NCBI GenBank assembly: GCA_019058295.1
Contig: JAHPZI010000028.1
Coordinates: 203,815 to 220,813, forward strand
Origin: Promethearchaeota archaeon
Lineage (GTDB): Archaea; Asgardarchaeota; Lokiarchaeia; Sigyniarchaeales; SOKP01
Direction: 5' to 3'
DNA: 16,999 nt
In this document: positions 8,096 to 16,610 of the stretch, one piece after another
Numbering within the stretch: the first letter of the stretch is position 1
Layout of the letters: each line of letters starts with the position of its first letter
Translations under genes and position numbers: made by a program
The notes under the pieces: generated by a model
What the model was told of the DNA's origin: nothing
Databases searched by the model: none
Seen by the model: the letters and a program-made list of their open reading frames with translations, nothing else

Positions 8096-9541
8096 ATGGC
8101 ATTAAAAACTCCGGAAGAATATTTAGAAAGTATTAAACGAGATATGAATTTATATATGTTTGGTGAAAAAATCAAAGAGTTTTGGAACCATCCAATTATA
8201 AGACCTTCTATAAATACAGTAGCGAAAATTTACGAATTAGCTCAAATGGAAGAATATAAAGATTTGATGACCACCAAATCGCATATGACAGGAGAAATTA
8301 TAAATCGGTTCACTCATATTCATCAATCTGTAGATGACTTGGTTAAAAAAGTAAAGATGCAAAGACTTATAGGGCAAAAAGTAGCATGCTGCTTCCAAAG
8401 GTGTGTAGGATTTGATGCTGCTAATGCGTTATATTCAGTAACTTATGAAATGGACAAAAAGTATAATACAGACTACCATGAGAGATTTAAAAACTATTGG
8501 ATTGAAGTTCAAAATCAAGATCTTATGGTCGATGGAGCAATGACCGATACTAAAGGAGACCGAGGAAAAAGACCAAGTGCTCAAACAGATCCAGATCAAT
8601 ATTTACACATGGTTGATGAAACCGATGATGGAATTATCGTCAGGGGAGCTAAAGTTCATCAAACAGGGTGGCTGAATTCGCATCGCGCAATTGTTATGCC
8701 TACACTTACAATACGCCCCGGAGAGGAAGAATATGCTGTAAGCTTTGGAGTTGATACTGATGCAAAGGGAATAACAATGGTATACGGAAGGCAATCTTGT
8801 GACACCCGTAAAATGGAAGATAGCAAAATGGAAGTTGGAAATTATAAGTATGGAGGACAAGAAATTTTCGTCATTTTTGATGACGTTTTTATTCCTAATG
8901 AAAATATCTTTATGAAAGGAGAAGTAGAATTCTCTGGTGAATTAGTTAATAGATTTGCTGGGTTTCACAGGCAAAGTTATGGTGGATGTAAAGTAGGTAT
9001 AGGAGATGTATTAATCGGAGCCGCTAGTCTAATTACAGAATATCAAGGTGTTAACAAGGCTTCTCATATTAAAGATAAATTGATAGAAATAATTCATTTA
9101 AATGAAACTTTATATTGTTGTGGAATTGCTTGCAGCTCCTTAGGATTTCAACGAGAAGCAGGTAATTATGAAATGGACATGCTATTAGCAAATGTATGTA
9201 AGCAAAATGTAACCAGATTTCCGTATGAGATTAGCAGACTCATTGACGACTTAGTCGGAGGTATTATATGTACACTTCCTTCTGAAGCGGATCTTAAGTC
9301 CGAAGAAGTCGGACCAGTATTAAAAAAGTATCTGTCCGTATGTGATGGAATTTCTGTGGAAGATCGATATAAATTACTAAGATTCATTGAAAATATAAGT
9401 ATGGGTGTAGCAGCAGTAAGTTATAAAGTAGAATCAATGCATGGCGCAGGCTCACCACAAGCACAGAGAATTATGATAACCCGTCAATCTAATTTGGAAG
9501 AGAAAAAACAGTTAATTAAAGATATCTTGGATATTGAATAA
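8096..9541 (+). CDS. abfD: 4-hydroxybutyryl-CoA dehydratase / vinylacetyl-CoA delta-isomerase
   Basis: Fe-S ligand motifs CFQRCVG.DA and HRQSYGGCK; also GAMTD.KGDR, GAK.HQTG and ESMHGAGSPQAQR. Likely start is the ATG at 8096 (MALKTPEEY). Confidence 0.93.
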   Translation: MALKTPEEYLESIKRDMNLYMFGEKIKEFWNHPIIRPSINTVAKIYELAQMEEYKDLMTTKSHMTGEIINRFTHIHQSVDDLVKKVKMQRLIGQKVACCFQRCVGFDAANALYSVTYEMDKKYNTDYHERFKNYWIEVQNQDLMVDGAMTDTKGDRGKRPSAQTDPDQYLHMVDETDDGIIVRGAKVHQTGWLNSHRAIVMPTLTIRPGEEEYAVSFGVDTDAKGITMVYGRQSCDTRKMEDSKMEVGNYKYGGQEIFVIFDDVFIPNENIFMKGEVEFSGELVNRFAGFHRQSYGGCKVGIGDVLIGAASLITEYQGVNKASHIKDKLIEIIHLNETLYCCGIACSSLGFQREAGNYEMDMLLANVCKQNVTRFPYEISRLIDDLVGGIICTLPSEADLKSEEVGPVLKKYLSVCDGISVEDRYKLLRFIENISMGVAAVSYKVESMHGAGSPQAQRIMITRQSNLEEKKQLIKDILDIE

Positions 9542-9549
9542 ATAAAATG

Positions 9550-10785
9550 TTATAAATTATTATTCTTATTCTTTTTCTCAATTTCAACTTCTATTAAGTT
9601 GTAATTCCTATTTCCAAGACCAATCTTTTCAGCAGCTTCCAATTGAAGTTCCCATAGTTTTGATATTTTACCATCAGGATTTAAATCAACTTTTTGAGTC
9701 TCTGGATTGAATCGTGGAAGATAGGAAAACCACTTACATTTTCCATCTTTTATTGGTAAATTCTTAATTTCACCTAAAATTGAATGGGGACTTATAGAAG
9801 ATAAATGTGCTAGATCAATACAAGCTTGATCTAAAGCAACTGGATCTGAAGATGATAAAATTCCAATATCTGAGATGAAAGGTACATCGGAACCGCCACT
9901 ACAATCGCATTGATAAGTAATATCAATTGCGTAATTTATATAAAAAATTTTTTCATTGCCAAAATAATCAACAACTCCCTTCGCATTGTCGACCATCTGT
10001 AAGATAAATTCTTCCTGTGTCGAAGCGCCAATATCTATAACATCGTTTTTGCAAACAGATTTACACATATAGCAGAATCTACATTTAGTTTCGTCCCTAT
10101 TCAATTTTTCATTTTCTCCTTCGGTCAATGCTTTTGTAGGACAGATTTTTATACAATCCTCATAATCAGAGATAGGAGCATTAAAATCAAATTTAAACTT
10201 CTTTCCATTATGTGCTTGAAATTTTCCTCCTTTAGAGACACATCCAATTCCTAAATTTTTAATTGCTCCTCCATAACCCGCCCCTGGATGTCCTTTAAAA
10301 TGGGAAGCTAAAATCAAATGTTTAAATTCTCTTAATCGACCAGCTACTAAAACTTCTTTAAATCTTTTCCCATTTATTTTTTGAATCTCATAATCTATTC
10401 CATCTGGACCATCTAACATCATAAGAGGAGCTCCCATTGTCTCTTCAGTAAAACCGTGTTTTAACGCGACAGCTAGATATTCCTCTTCATTTGCTCGACC
10501 TCCGTATTCCCCCTTGGTATCAGGGACGCCCCAACCACAGGACTCAGCAACAGAAGGAATACCTCCTAATTCTTTTATATAATCACACAAAAACCTTAAA
10601 TAGGAGGGTCTTAAATATCTAACATTTTCTTCGGCACCAAAATGGGTTTTAACTACGATTTTATCCTTACTATTTAATTTTTCTTTAATTCCTAATTTTT
10701 CTAAAGCTAAAGGGCCTTTTACCTTAGATAGGCTTTCATCATAGGTGTAAGTCCTTGCTGTAAAAAAATAAACATCTGACTTCAA
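9550..10785 (-). CDS. DUF362-family Fe-S protein with an inserted ferredoxin-like domain
   Basis: VK.HFG, SHFKGH...GYGGAIKNLG.GC.SK.GK, CxxCxxCxxxC, ITYQCDC and DIGI..S.DPVALDQAC.D. TTG start. Confidence 0.9.
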   Translation of the reverse strand: MKSDVYFFTARTYTYDESLSKVKGPLALEKLGIKEKLNSKDKIVVKTHFGAEENVRYLRPSYLRFLCDYIKELGGIPSVAESCGWGVPDTKGEYGGRANEEEYLAVALKHGFTEETMGAPLMMLDGPDGIDYEIQKINGKRFKEVLVAGRLREFKHLILASHFKGHPGAGYGGAIKNLGIGCVSKGGKFQAHNGKKFKFDFNAPISDYEDCIKICPTKALTEGENEKLNRDETKCRFCYMCKSVCKNDVIDIGASTQEEFILQMVDNAKGVVDYFGNEKIFYINYAIDITYQCDCSGGSDVPFISDIGILSSSDPVALDQACIDLAHLSSISPHSILGEIKNLPIKDGKCKWFSYLPRFNPETQKVDLNPDGKISKLWELQLEAAEKIGLGNRNYNLIEVEIEKKNKNNNL

Positions 10786-10902
10786 ATATTCTCACTTCAA
10801 AAACATAAGTTATTGTATTATAATTAATGAGTTAAGAAAATTAATTCAATAAATATTTTAGAATTAAATAATTCTAATATTATAATAAATAAGTAAAAAA
10901 TT

Positions 10903-11142
10903 GTGGTTAAAATCGCCCGATGTCCTGAGTGTGCTGGAGTCATGAAATATATCCCGGATACAAAATCAATGGTCTGCAAGTCGTGTGGTTTATCCTTAAC
11001 AAGAGGAGAATTAGACAGTTATTGGAAAAAGATTAAAGATCAAAATGTTTCTGATGATGATGATTTTCAGCGCAAGAAAAGCCGTCGTAAAGAATGGCTG
11101 GATTGGTATAGTAAATCCAAGTCAGAAAAAGAGAGATATTAG
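10903..11142 (+). CDS. small zinc-ribbon protein with a charged helical C-terminus
   Basis: CPEC-x14-CKSCG, then RRKEWLDWY. GTG start. Confidence 0.8.
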   Translation: MVKIARCPECAGVMKYIPDTKSMVCKSCGLSLTRGELDSYWKKIKDQNVSDDDDFQRKKSRRKEWLDWYSKSKSEKERY

Positions 11143-11245
11143 AATTTTATAGTCTTTTGAGAAAAAAAATATCTTTATTTAGTTGATATTCTTCAGAGAA
11201 TCGTAATTATAACTCTTCTACTTTTAAAAGAAAATTATTAAAAAT

Positions 11246-12442
11246 TTAAGCTGCAAATTTTTTTTGAAATATATCTTCTAATAGCTCCTTAAGTTTTACA
11301 GCTGGTATATCTAATAAAGTAATTTGTAAATGACGACCACGTTGGGCTTCTTCGATCCTCACGGTTTTAGACGCAATTATTTTCAGTTGATTAAGTTGGC
11401 GAACATATTTCCGAAAGCTCATTTTAACATGGGGGGATATTGAATAATTTTCACATACTACTAAATATTCTTCGTAAGCATCATCAACTAGAGTAAACGG
11501 CTCATCTGTATTTATTAAACACTTTACAATTCCATATAAAGCAAGGAGTTCTTGGTCGTTTAATTGGTCCACAATATCTCCTCTGAATGTAGGATATACC
11601 TCATTTGAAGCAGCCCTTATTATATCTGCCGTTATATGGTTCAATTCTTCTTTATCAGCATATAAACCGCTTTTTCGTAATATTTCAATACCATGCCGCA
11701 TATTTTTGTGCGCTACGACAATTTGAGCAATCATAGTCAAAATTTCATCATCAATGACGTTTTCCTTAAATGCTAAATCGCTTCTATATTGCAAAATTAG
11801 CATAGAATCCTCAAAATCATATGGTTTAAGTTTAATTTTATCATTTAATCTACTTAAAATTCTTTCTGTCTCAATTGTCATCCAATCTTTAATTCTACTA
11901 ACTAGTAATATGGAGAGCTTTGCATTTTGATGTCCGAAAGTTTCAGCTATATCCAGAAAAGCTAAGACATCTTCCGGTTTTAAAAGATGAATTTCATCAA
12001 TTACCAAAAACATGTATCCATTATTTCTGACAAGTTGCGTCAAAATTAACTTCAATGCTTCATCATCAGAAAAACCCCTTCCAGATCCGTGTGTATATTT
12101 TGCTAATAATTCTCTTATAATTTTGCTTTTGGATCTGAAATTAATACAATTATAATACTCAATAAAAAGTTTAAAATCTTTTTCTATAGCAATTGTATGA
12201 AATGTTTTTCCGAAAAATCTAGCTGTGGTGGTTTTCCCGATTCCACCTTTTCCTAATAATAAACAATTTATACTAGGAGGCTCATCGGTTTCTTCAAAAA
12301 TTCTGCGATAATTATATATTAGTTTTTTAATAACTTCATCTCGACAGTATAATTTTTCTGGAACATAGCTTAAATCTAATGAGCCTGCTTGTTTAAAAAC
12401 AGATTTTTTATTAAATTGAGCTCGAAAATCATCCTCATCCAT
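11246..12442 (-). CDS. cdc6: Orc1/Cdc6 replication initiator (AAA+ plus winged helix)
   Basis: L..SYVPEKL..R, Walker A GKGGIGKTT, YYNC, Walker B LVIDE, Arg finger RILSRL, KPY, and a C-terminal winged helix with a RGR wing. Confidence 0.95.
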   Translation of the reverse strand: MDEDDFRAQFNKKSVFKQAGSLDLSYVPEKLYCRDEVIKKLIYNYRRIFEETDEPPSINCLLLGKGGIGKTTTARFFGKTFHTIAIEKDFKLFIEYYNCINFRSKSKIIRELLAKYTHGSGRGFSDDEALKLILTQLVRNNGYMFLVIDEIHLLKPEDVLAFLDIAETFGHQNAKLSILLVSRIKDWMTIETERILSRLNDKIKLKPYDFEDSMLILQYRSDLAFKENVIDDEILTMIAQIVVAHKNMRHGIEILRKSGLYADKEELNHITADIIRAASNEVYPTFRGDIVDQLNDQELLALYGIVKCLINTDEPFTLVDDAYEEYLVVCENYSISPHVKMSFRKYVRQLNQLKIIASKTVRIEEAQRGRHLQITLLDIPAVKLKELLEDIFQKKFAA

Positions 12443-12443
12443 G

Positions 12444-12460
12444 AAAAATCGTCGATTTTT
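12444..12460. promoter_or_regulatory. perfect 17-bp palindrome next to the cdc6 start codon (candidate operator)
   Basis: aaaaatcg-t-cgattttt. A TTTATA TATA-like box sits on the minus strand at 12474-12479. Confidence 0.5.
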
Positions 12461-12537
12461 TTATTTTTTATTGTATAAATAATTATATTACGTTTTAAGT
12501 TTAAATTTTCTGGTATCTATTGAAAACTTATTTATTT

Positions 12538-13461
12538 TTATAAATCCTCGATTGTATTTAATGGATGCATTGTATTATACGATTGCTTTACTTTAGAGAT
12601 ATCATTTTTTGCATAAATCCTTGTTGTATTCGGACTTGAATGCCCTAAAATATCTTGTAATTCGCTAATGTCCATCCCTGAGCGTCTAAGATGAGTAGCT
12701 CCTGTATGTCTAAACACATGAGGAGTTATGATCTTAGAATCCGGGAAATTACATTTTAATTTTATATTTTTTACGTACTTCTGCACAACTCGAGGATTTA
12801 ATTTCTGATTTCTTGTATTTAGCAATAAATAGTTGTCAGAATTATAAAAAATTCTATTTTGCAGATATTCCTTAATTAGTTCTAAAGTTTTTTCATCAAC
12901 AGGAACAAATCGTTCTTTGTTCCCCTTTCCTCGTAGTCTAATGTAGCCTTGTGTAATATTTACATCCTTAATTTTAATATTACATAGTTCACTGACTCTA
13001 GCCATAGTAGAATACAGCAACCTAATAATTAAATACTGAAGTTGACTTTTTTCAGAGTTTAATTGCTTATTATCTTTTAATATTGTGAAAATTTTTTTTA
13101 TATCTGAAATATCAAGAAATTTAGGAAGATTTTCTTCGGTTTTAATTTTTGGACTTTGGATTCTATCCATAGGATTCTTTATAATTAACTCATTGACTAT
13201 TAAAAACTTAAAAAAAGATCGTAAAGAAGCTATTTTTCGTGCAATAGCTTTCTTTGAATAGTTCTTTTCTTTTAGCTTTTTTAAAAATAATCTGATTTTT
13301 TGACGTAAAAATGGAGAATTAACACCTATATCTCCTACGATATTAAAAAATTTTTGAAGATCATATCGATATGCTTTTATTGTAGAAGATGCGCACCCTT
13401 CTTCAATTTCCTTAGCAAATAGAAATTCTTCGATAAAATCTGAAATTTTACTATTTTCCAT
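12538..13461 (-). CDS. xerA: Xer-family tyrosine recombinase (XerA / XerC-D-like)
   Basis: N-terminal STIKAY..DL and SLRSFFKFL. Catalytic set R (ARVSEL), K (GKGNKER), HxxR (TPHVFRH) and LGH...TT.IY. C-terminal Y...HP. Confidence 0.9.
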   Translation of the reverse strand: MENSKISDFIEEFLFAKEIEEGCASSTIKAYRYDLQKFFNIVGDIGVNSPFLRQKIRLFLKKLKEKNYSKKAIARKIASLRSFFKFLIVNELIIKNPMDRIQSPKIKTEENLPKFLDISDIKKIFTILKDNKQLNSEKSQLQYLIIRLLYSTMARVSELCNIKIKDVNITQGYIRLRGKGNKERFVPVDEKTLELIKEYLQNRIFYNSDNYLLLNTRNQKLNPRVVQKYVKNIKLKCNFPDSKIITPHVFRHTGATHLRRSGMDISELQDILGHSSPNTTRIYAKNDISKVKQSYNTMHPLNTIEDL

Positions 13462-13549
13462 ATTTAATGAATAAATATGGATTAAATTTCATATATGAGA
13501 GTGATATGTAAATATATAAATAAAGAAGAAAATAAGTTTTCCTACAAAT

Positions 13550-14494
13550 TTAGACCTTCTTTATTTGACGAACATATTTGTTTGCATTTATTCCTGCTCT
13601 AGCTCCCTCTGATGTTGCGAATACTACTTGATATAAGCCGCCAGTAACATCTCCGGCAGCATACACTCCTTTTACATTCGTTTGCTGCTCCTCATCAACT
13701 TTAATATTACCTCTTTCATCTAATTCAATACCAGCTTTCTTGAAGATTGAGTTTGATGGTAAATGAGAAAATATAAAAAGGCAATTTAATTCAAATGTCT
13801 TCATTTCATTAGGCTTATCAGGATCAGTCGAATTACAAATTATTTTTTCAATAACTCCTTGATTATTCCCAATAATTTCTATAATTTGATATTTGTCATA
13901 TACATCAATATTACTTTCTTTGACTTCTTTAATCTTACCAGGCAAATCGGTAATTCCCACTTCAGTAATGATCTTAACAATACAACCCATTTGCTTTAAA
14001 ATTAAGGCATCTTCTAAAACTTCTTCATCATTTCCATAGAGAAATACCACTTTATCCCTATATAAAGGTCCATCACATAATGCACAATATGATACACCAA
14101 AACCGTTTAAAGCTTCTTCACCTTTTATTTTTTCTTTACGTTGACCTCTCCCTGTAGCAATAATTACGGCATCAGCAGTAATATTCGCAGTTCGAGTAGA
14201 AATCATGTTGGATCCCATCCCTATAATAAGTGATATCACATCGCCTTTTATCATTCGCACAGTATCATGATTCTGTGTATGTTCCCTAAATTTTTTCAAA
14301 AGATTTGGACCTTCCATTTCTCCATAACCAGGATAATTAAATATTTCATGAGCTTGAGCTAAAGCTGATTCTTGTTTTCCATCAAGAATAATTATATCTC
14401 TTTGCGCTCTCCCGCAATAAATTGCAGCACTACATCCTGCGGGGCCAGATCCAATAATTAAGATTTCACAACTATATTGTTCTAATTGTTCCAT
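13550..14494 (-). CDS. trxB: thioredoxin reductase-family flavoprotein with an atypical nucleotide-binding domain
   Basis: IIGSGPAG..AA.Y, NYPG, IIATG, GVSYCALCDG and T...GVYAAGDVTG. Lacks GGGxxA and HRR. Confidence 0.85.
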   Translation of the reverse strand: MEQLEQYSCEILIIGSGPAGCSAAIYCGRAQRDIIILDGKQESALAQAHEIFNYPGYGEMEGPNLLKKFREHTQNHDTVRMIKGDVISLIIGMGSNMISTRTANITADAVIIATGRGQRKEKIKGEEALNGFGVSYCALCDGPLYRDKVVFLYGNDEEVLEDALILKQMGCIVKIITEVGITDLPGKIKEVKESNIDVYDKYQIIEIIGNNQGVIEKIICNSTDPDKPNEMKTFELNCLFIFSHLPSNSIFKKAGIELDERGNIKVDEEQQTNVKGVYAAGDVTGGLYQVVFATSEGARAGINANKYVRQIKKV

Positions 14495-14923
14495 TAAGAT
14501 TGACCTTTTCTTGTGAATTAACTTAATTATATTTTATTTTGTAATATTTAAGTAATACGATTTTCAATTAATCGAATATTGTATTATAGGAATATTTAAT
14601 ATGATGGTATATATGGTTTTCGATTTATAGAAGCATATAATACATTCTGCGATCTTTCGAAGTGGATGACACTCTAATATTACATTATACTATTTTTCGA
14701 AAATGATCTTACATTATTCGATAAATAGAATTGATTATCACCCTCATATTATATTTTGAGCGATTTTTTATATGTTATCTATGTATATATTTTTATTCGT
14801 GAAACACGTATTTCAAGATCTTTAATATATCTCTGAATAATTTCTTGATATATATTTAGATAATACAGTAAGAAGCCAATTAATAAATGGTTTAAATATC
14901 ATTTTAGATTTATAAATAATAGC
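14495..14923. other. 430-bp AT-rich divergent intergenic region with an imperfect direct repeat and repeated CGA/TCGA motifs
   Basis: Longest non-coding stretch in the window. tacattctgcgatctttcgaa (14641-14661) and tacattatactatttttcgaa (14681-14701) match at 17/21. TCGA occurs at 14572, 14620, 14657, 14697 and 14718. Confidence 0.55.
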
Positions 14924-16510
14924 TTGCGGAACACTATACTAAATTTGAAAAAATCAGAATGGTATAAAACAGGTGGTCTATGGGATCTTCTTATTGCTCT
15001 TAGATTATATATTATTGTATTCCTTCTTATTTATCCTCTGATTTTTTTCGTACTTCTACTTAAATATCTTTCTCCAATAGGAATTGCGATTTTAGGAATT
15101 TCTATTTTGCTCATTTTAAAATTTGTTATTTTTGAATCACGAAGCAATTCAAAAAAACTTTTTAAGATATCACTAATAGTGGCATGCGGCATTTTTACTA
15201 ATTTCGCATTCAATCTTTTAATAAGTATTGTCCATATGAATCTAAGAAGTATATTTCTGGCATTGTTCATCTGCTTAGGATCTGCTCTATATTTTTTGAT
15301 TATGATTATCAAAAGACCTTTTGCGAAAGTAAATTTTTGGGTAAAATCAAAACAGTTAAAACGTTCTAAAAAAAGTAAGCGATTTAATTTTCAGCGTAGA
15401 ACTCTTAGGGCCTCGCTTATTTTTTGGCTTATAATTTCAATTAACTTAATTGCAATTCCTTATCCCGTTTATATTCAGGAAAATACAGCTTCAAATGTAC
15501 TAATACGACAAAATAAATCTCCAGAAACCGAATTTGGAATCTGGACTTATGGACAATCGTTAGATGATAATAAAAAGGGGGAAGATGAATATGTAGATGA
15601 TAAAACATTACAAATGTTAGCAGATGCGGGTATTTATTTCGTCTATGGAATAACTGAGACAAATTTTGATAGTCAATTCTATAGTAGGATTTTAAGATGT
15701 AATAAGTCTGGTATTGAAGTTCATTTATCTATAAATCCAAAGGATTGGAGATATTCAAATATCTGGTCATTTAGAGATCTCAAGAAAGAAATTGAAACCG
15801 TACTTGATATGTGCAAAGAGTTTAATTTATTAGGATCCCCAATAACAACTTTTGTATATGATATGGAAACATTAATAGATACACCTTTCCCTTTATACGG
15901 TTTTAATCTTGATTATGTCAGTAAACTGAAGAAATATTACGATATCCAGAAAGAGTTTATTAAATTCAATGATTTCATAAAAACAGAATATAATCTTGAT
16001 GTTCGAATAACCTCAGATATCTTTCAAGGAGTCGATTTTCAAGACGGAGATGATGATCTTATGAATTTATTTGGTTTAATAGAAGATGCAAATGCAGAAA
16101 TGAGCTATATGGTGTATCGTCGTAATAATTTTGGACAAAATGAAATTCTTGACCATTTAAAATTTTTAAATGATGGTGATATAATCATTTTAAATGCTTG
16201 GAAAGATAAGGGGTACTTATGTTGGAAAGATATTGACTGTGCCATTAGAGATTGTAGACTTGTATTAGGCTATCCTGATAAAACTTTTAGATTAGAGATT
16301 TGGGAGTTGTATCATTTTATTGAATCCTATGGGATAGAAGGTTTAGAAGAATTAGTTGAAGCCATATGTGAGGTCGATAGTTCAGATTGGCCCTTAATTA
16401 CAATATTGAATACATTTCCCTATTCATTCTACTGGGATCTTGTATTTATCGGGATAATTATAATAGATTCATATGGTCCCCTATTTAGAATTTTTTACAA
16501 CGCATATTGA
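14924..16510 (+). CDS. membrane protein: about 5 N-terminal TM helices, a soluble alpha/beta domain and a C-terminal TM helix; unknown function
   Basis: 528-aa ORF, hydrophobic residues about 20-180, acidic soluble domain with FVYDMET, hydrophobic C-terminus. TTG start uncertain. Confidence 0.8.
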   Translation: MRNTILNLKKSEWYKTGGLWDLLIALRLYIIVFLLIYPLIFFVLLLKYLSPIGIAILGISILLILKFVIFESRSNSKKLFKISLIVACGIFTNFAFNLLISIVHMNLRSIFLALFICLGSALYFLIMIIKRPFAKVNFWVKSKQLKRSKKSKRFNFQRRTLRASLIFWLIISINLIAIPYPVYIQENTASNVLIRQNKSPETEFGIWTYGQSLDDNKKGEDEYVDDKTLQMLADAGIYFVYGITETNFDSQFYSRILRCNKSGIEVHLSINPKDWRYSNIWSFRDLKKEIETVLDMCKEFNLLGSPITTFVYDMETLIDTPFPLYGFNLDYVSKLKKYYDIQKEFIKFNDFIKTEYNLDVRITSDIFQGVDFQDGDDDLMNLFGLIEDANAEMSYMVYRRNNFGQNEILDHLKFLNDGDIIILNAWKDKGYLCWKDIDCAIRDCRLVLGYPDKTFRLEIWELYHFIESYGIEGLEELVEAICEVDSSDWPLITILNTFPYSFYWDLVFIGIIIIDSYGPLFRIFYNAY

Positions 16511-16610
16511 TTTCTTCTATACTTTTTTAAAATTTTAATTTTAAAAATTTAAAAATATTTTGAATTCTCTGAATTTTAAGAATCAGAATTAAAATTTTAG
16601 TGTTTTATAA

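Noticed and set aside
8096-9541. abfD as evidence of autotrophic 3HP/4HB or DC/4HB carbon fixation, or as a 4-hydroxyphenylacetate monooxygenase
   Set aside because: The Fe-S ligand motifs identify the dehydratase. It also serves aminobutyrate/succinate fermentation, and no other cycle genes are in the window.
11143-14923. A bounded integrated mobile element or provirus containing cdc6 and the integrase
   Set aside because: No attL/attR direct repeats, tRNA target, viral or conjugation genes, and no visible compositional shift.
900-15662. Antisense ORFs in the track (900-1199, 2898-3092, 3240-3500, 5156-5365, 5433-5621, 8603-8860, 9166-9387, 15031-15312, 15441-15662)
   Set aside because: All overlap well-supported genes on the opposite strand and show no recognisable motifs.
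1759-16510. Selenocysteine read-through at TGA stops (1761, 2522, 7923, 16510)
   Set aside because: None of these TGAs sits in a recognisable Cys-type motif, the downstream frames close within a short distance, and I saw no convincing SECIS.
16511-16610. AT-only quasi-palindromes between the convergent genes
   Set aside because: Low complexity; consistent with ordinary bidirectional T-rich termination.
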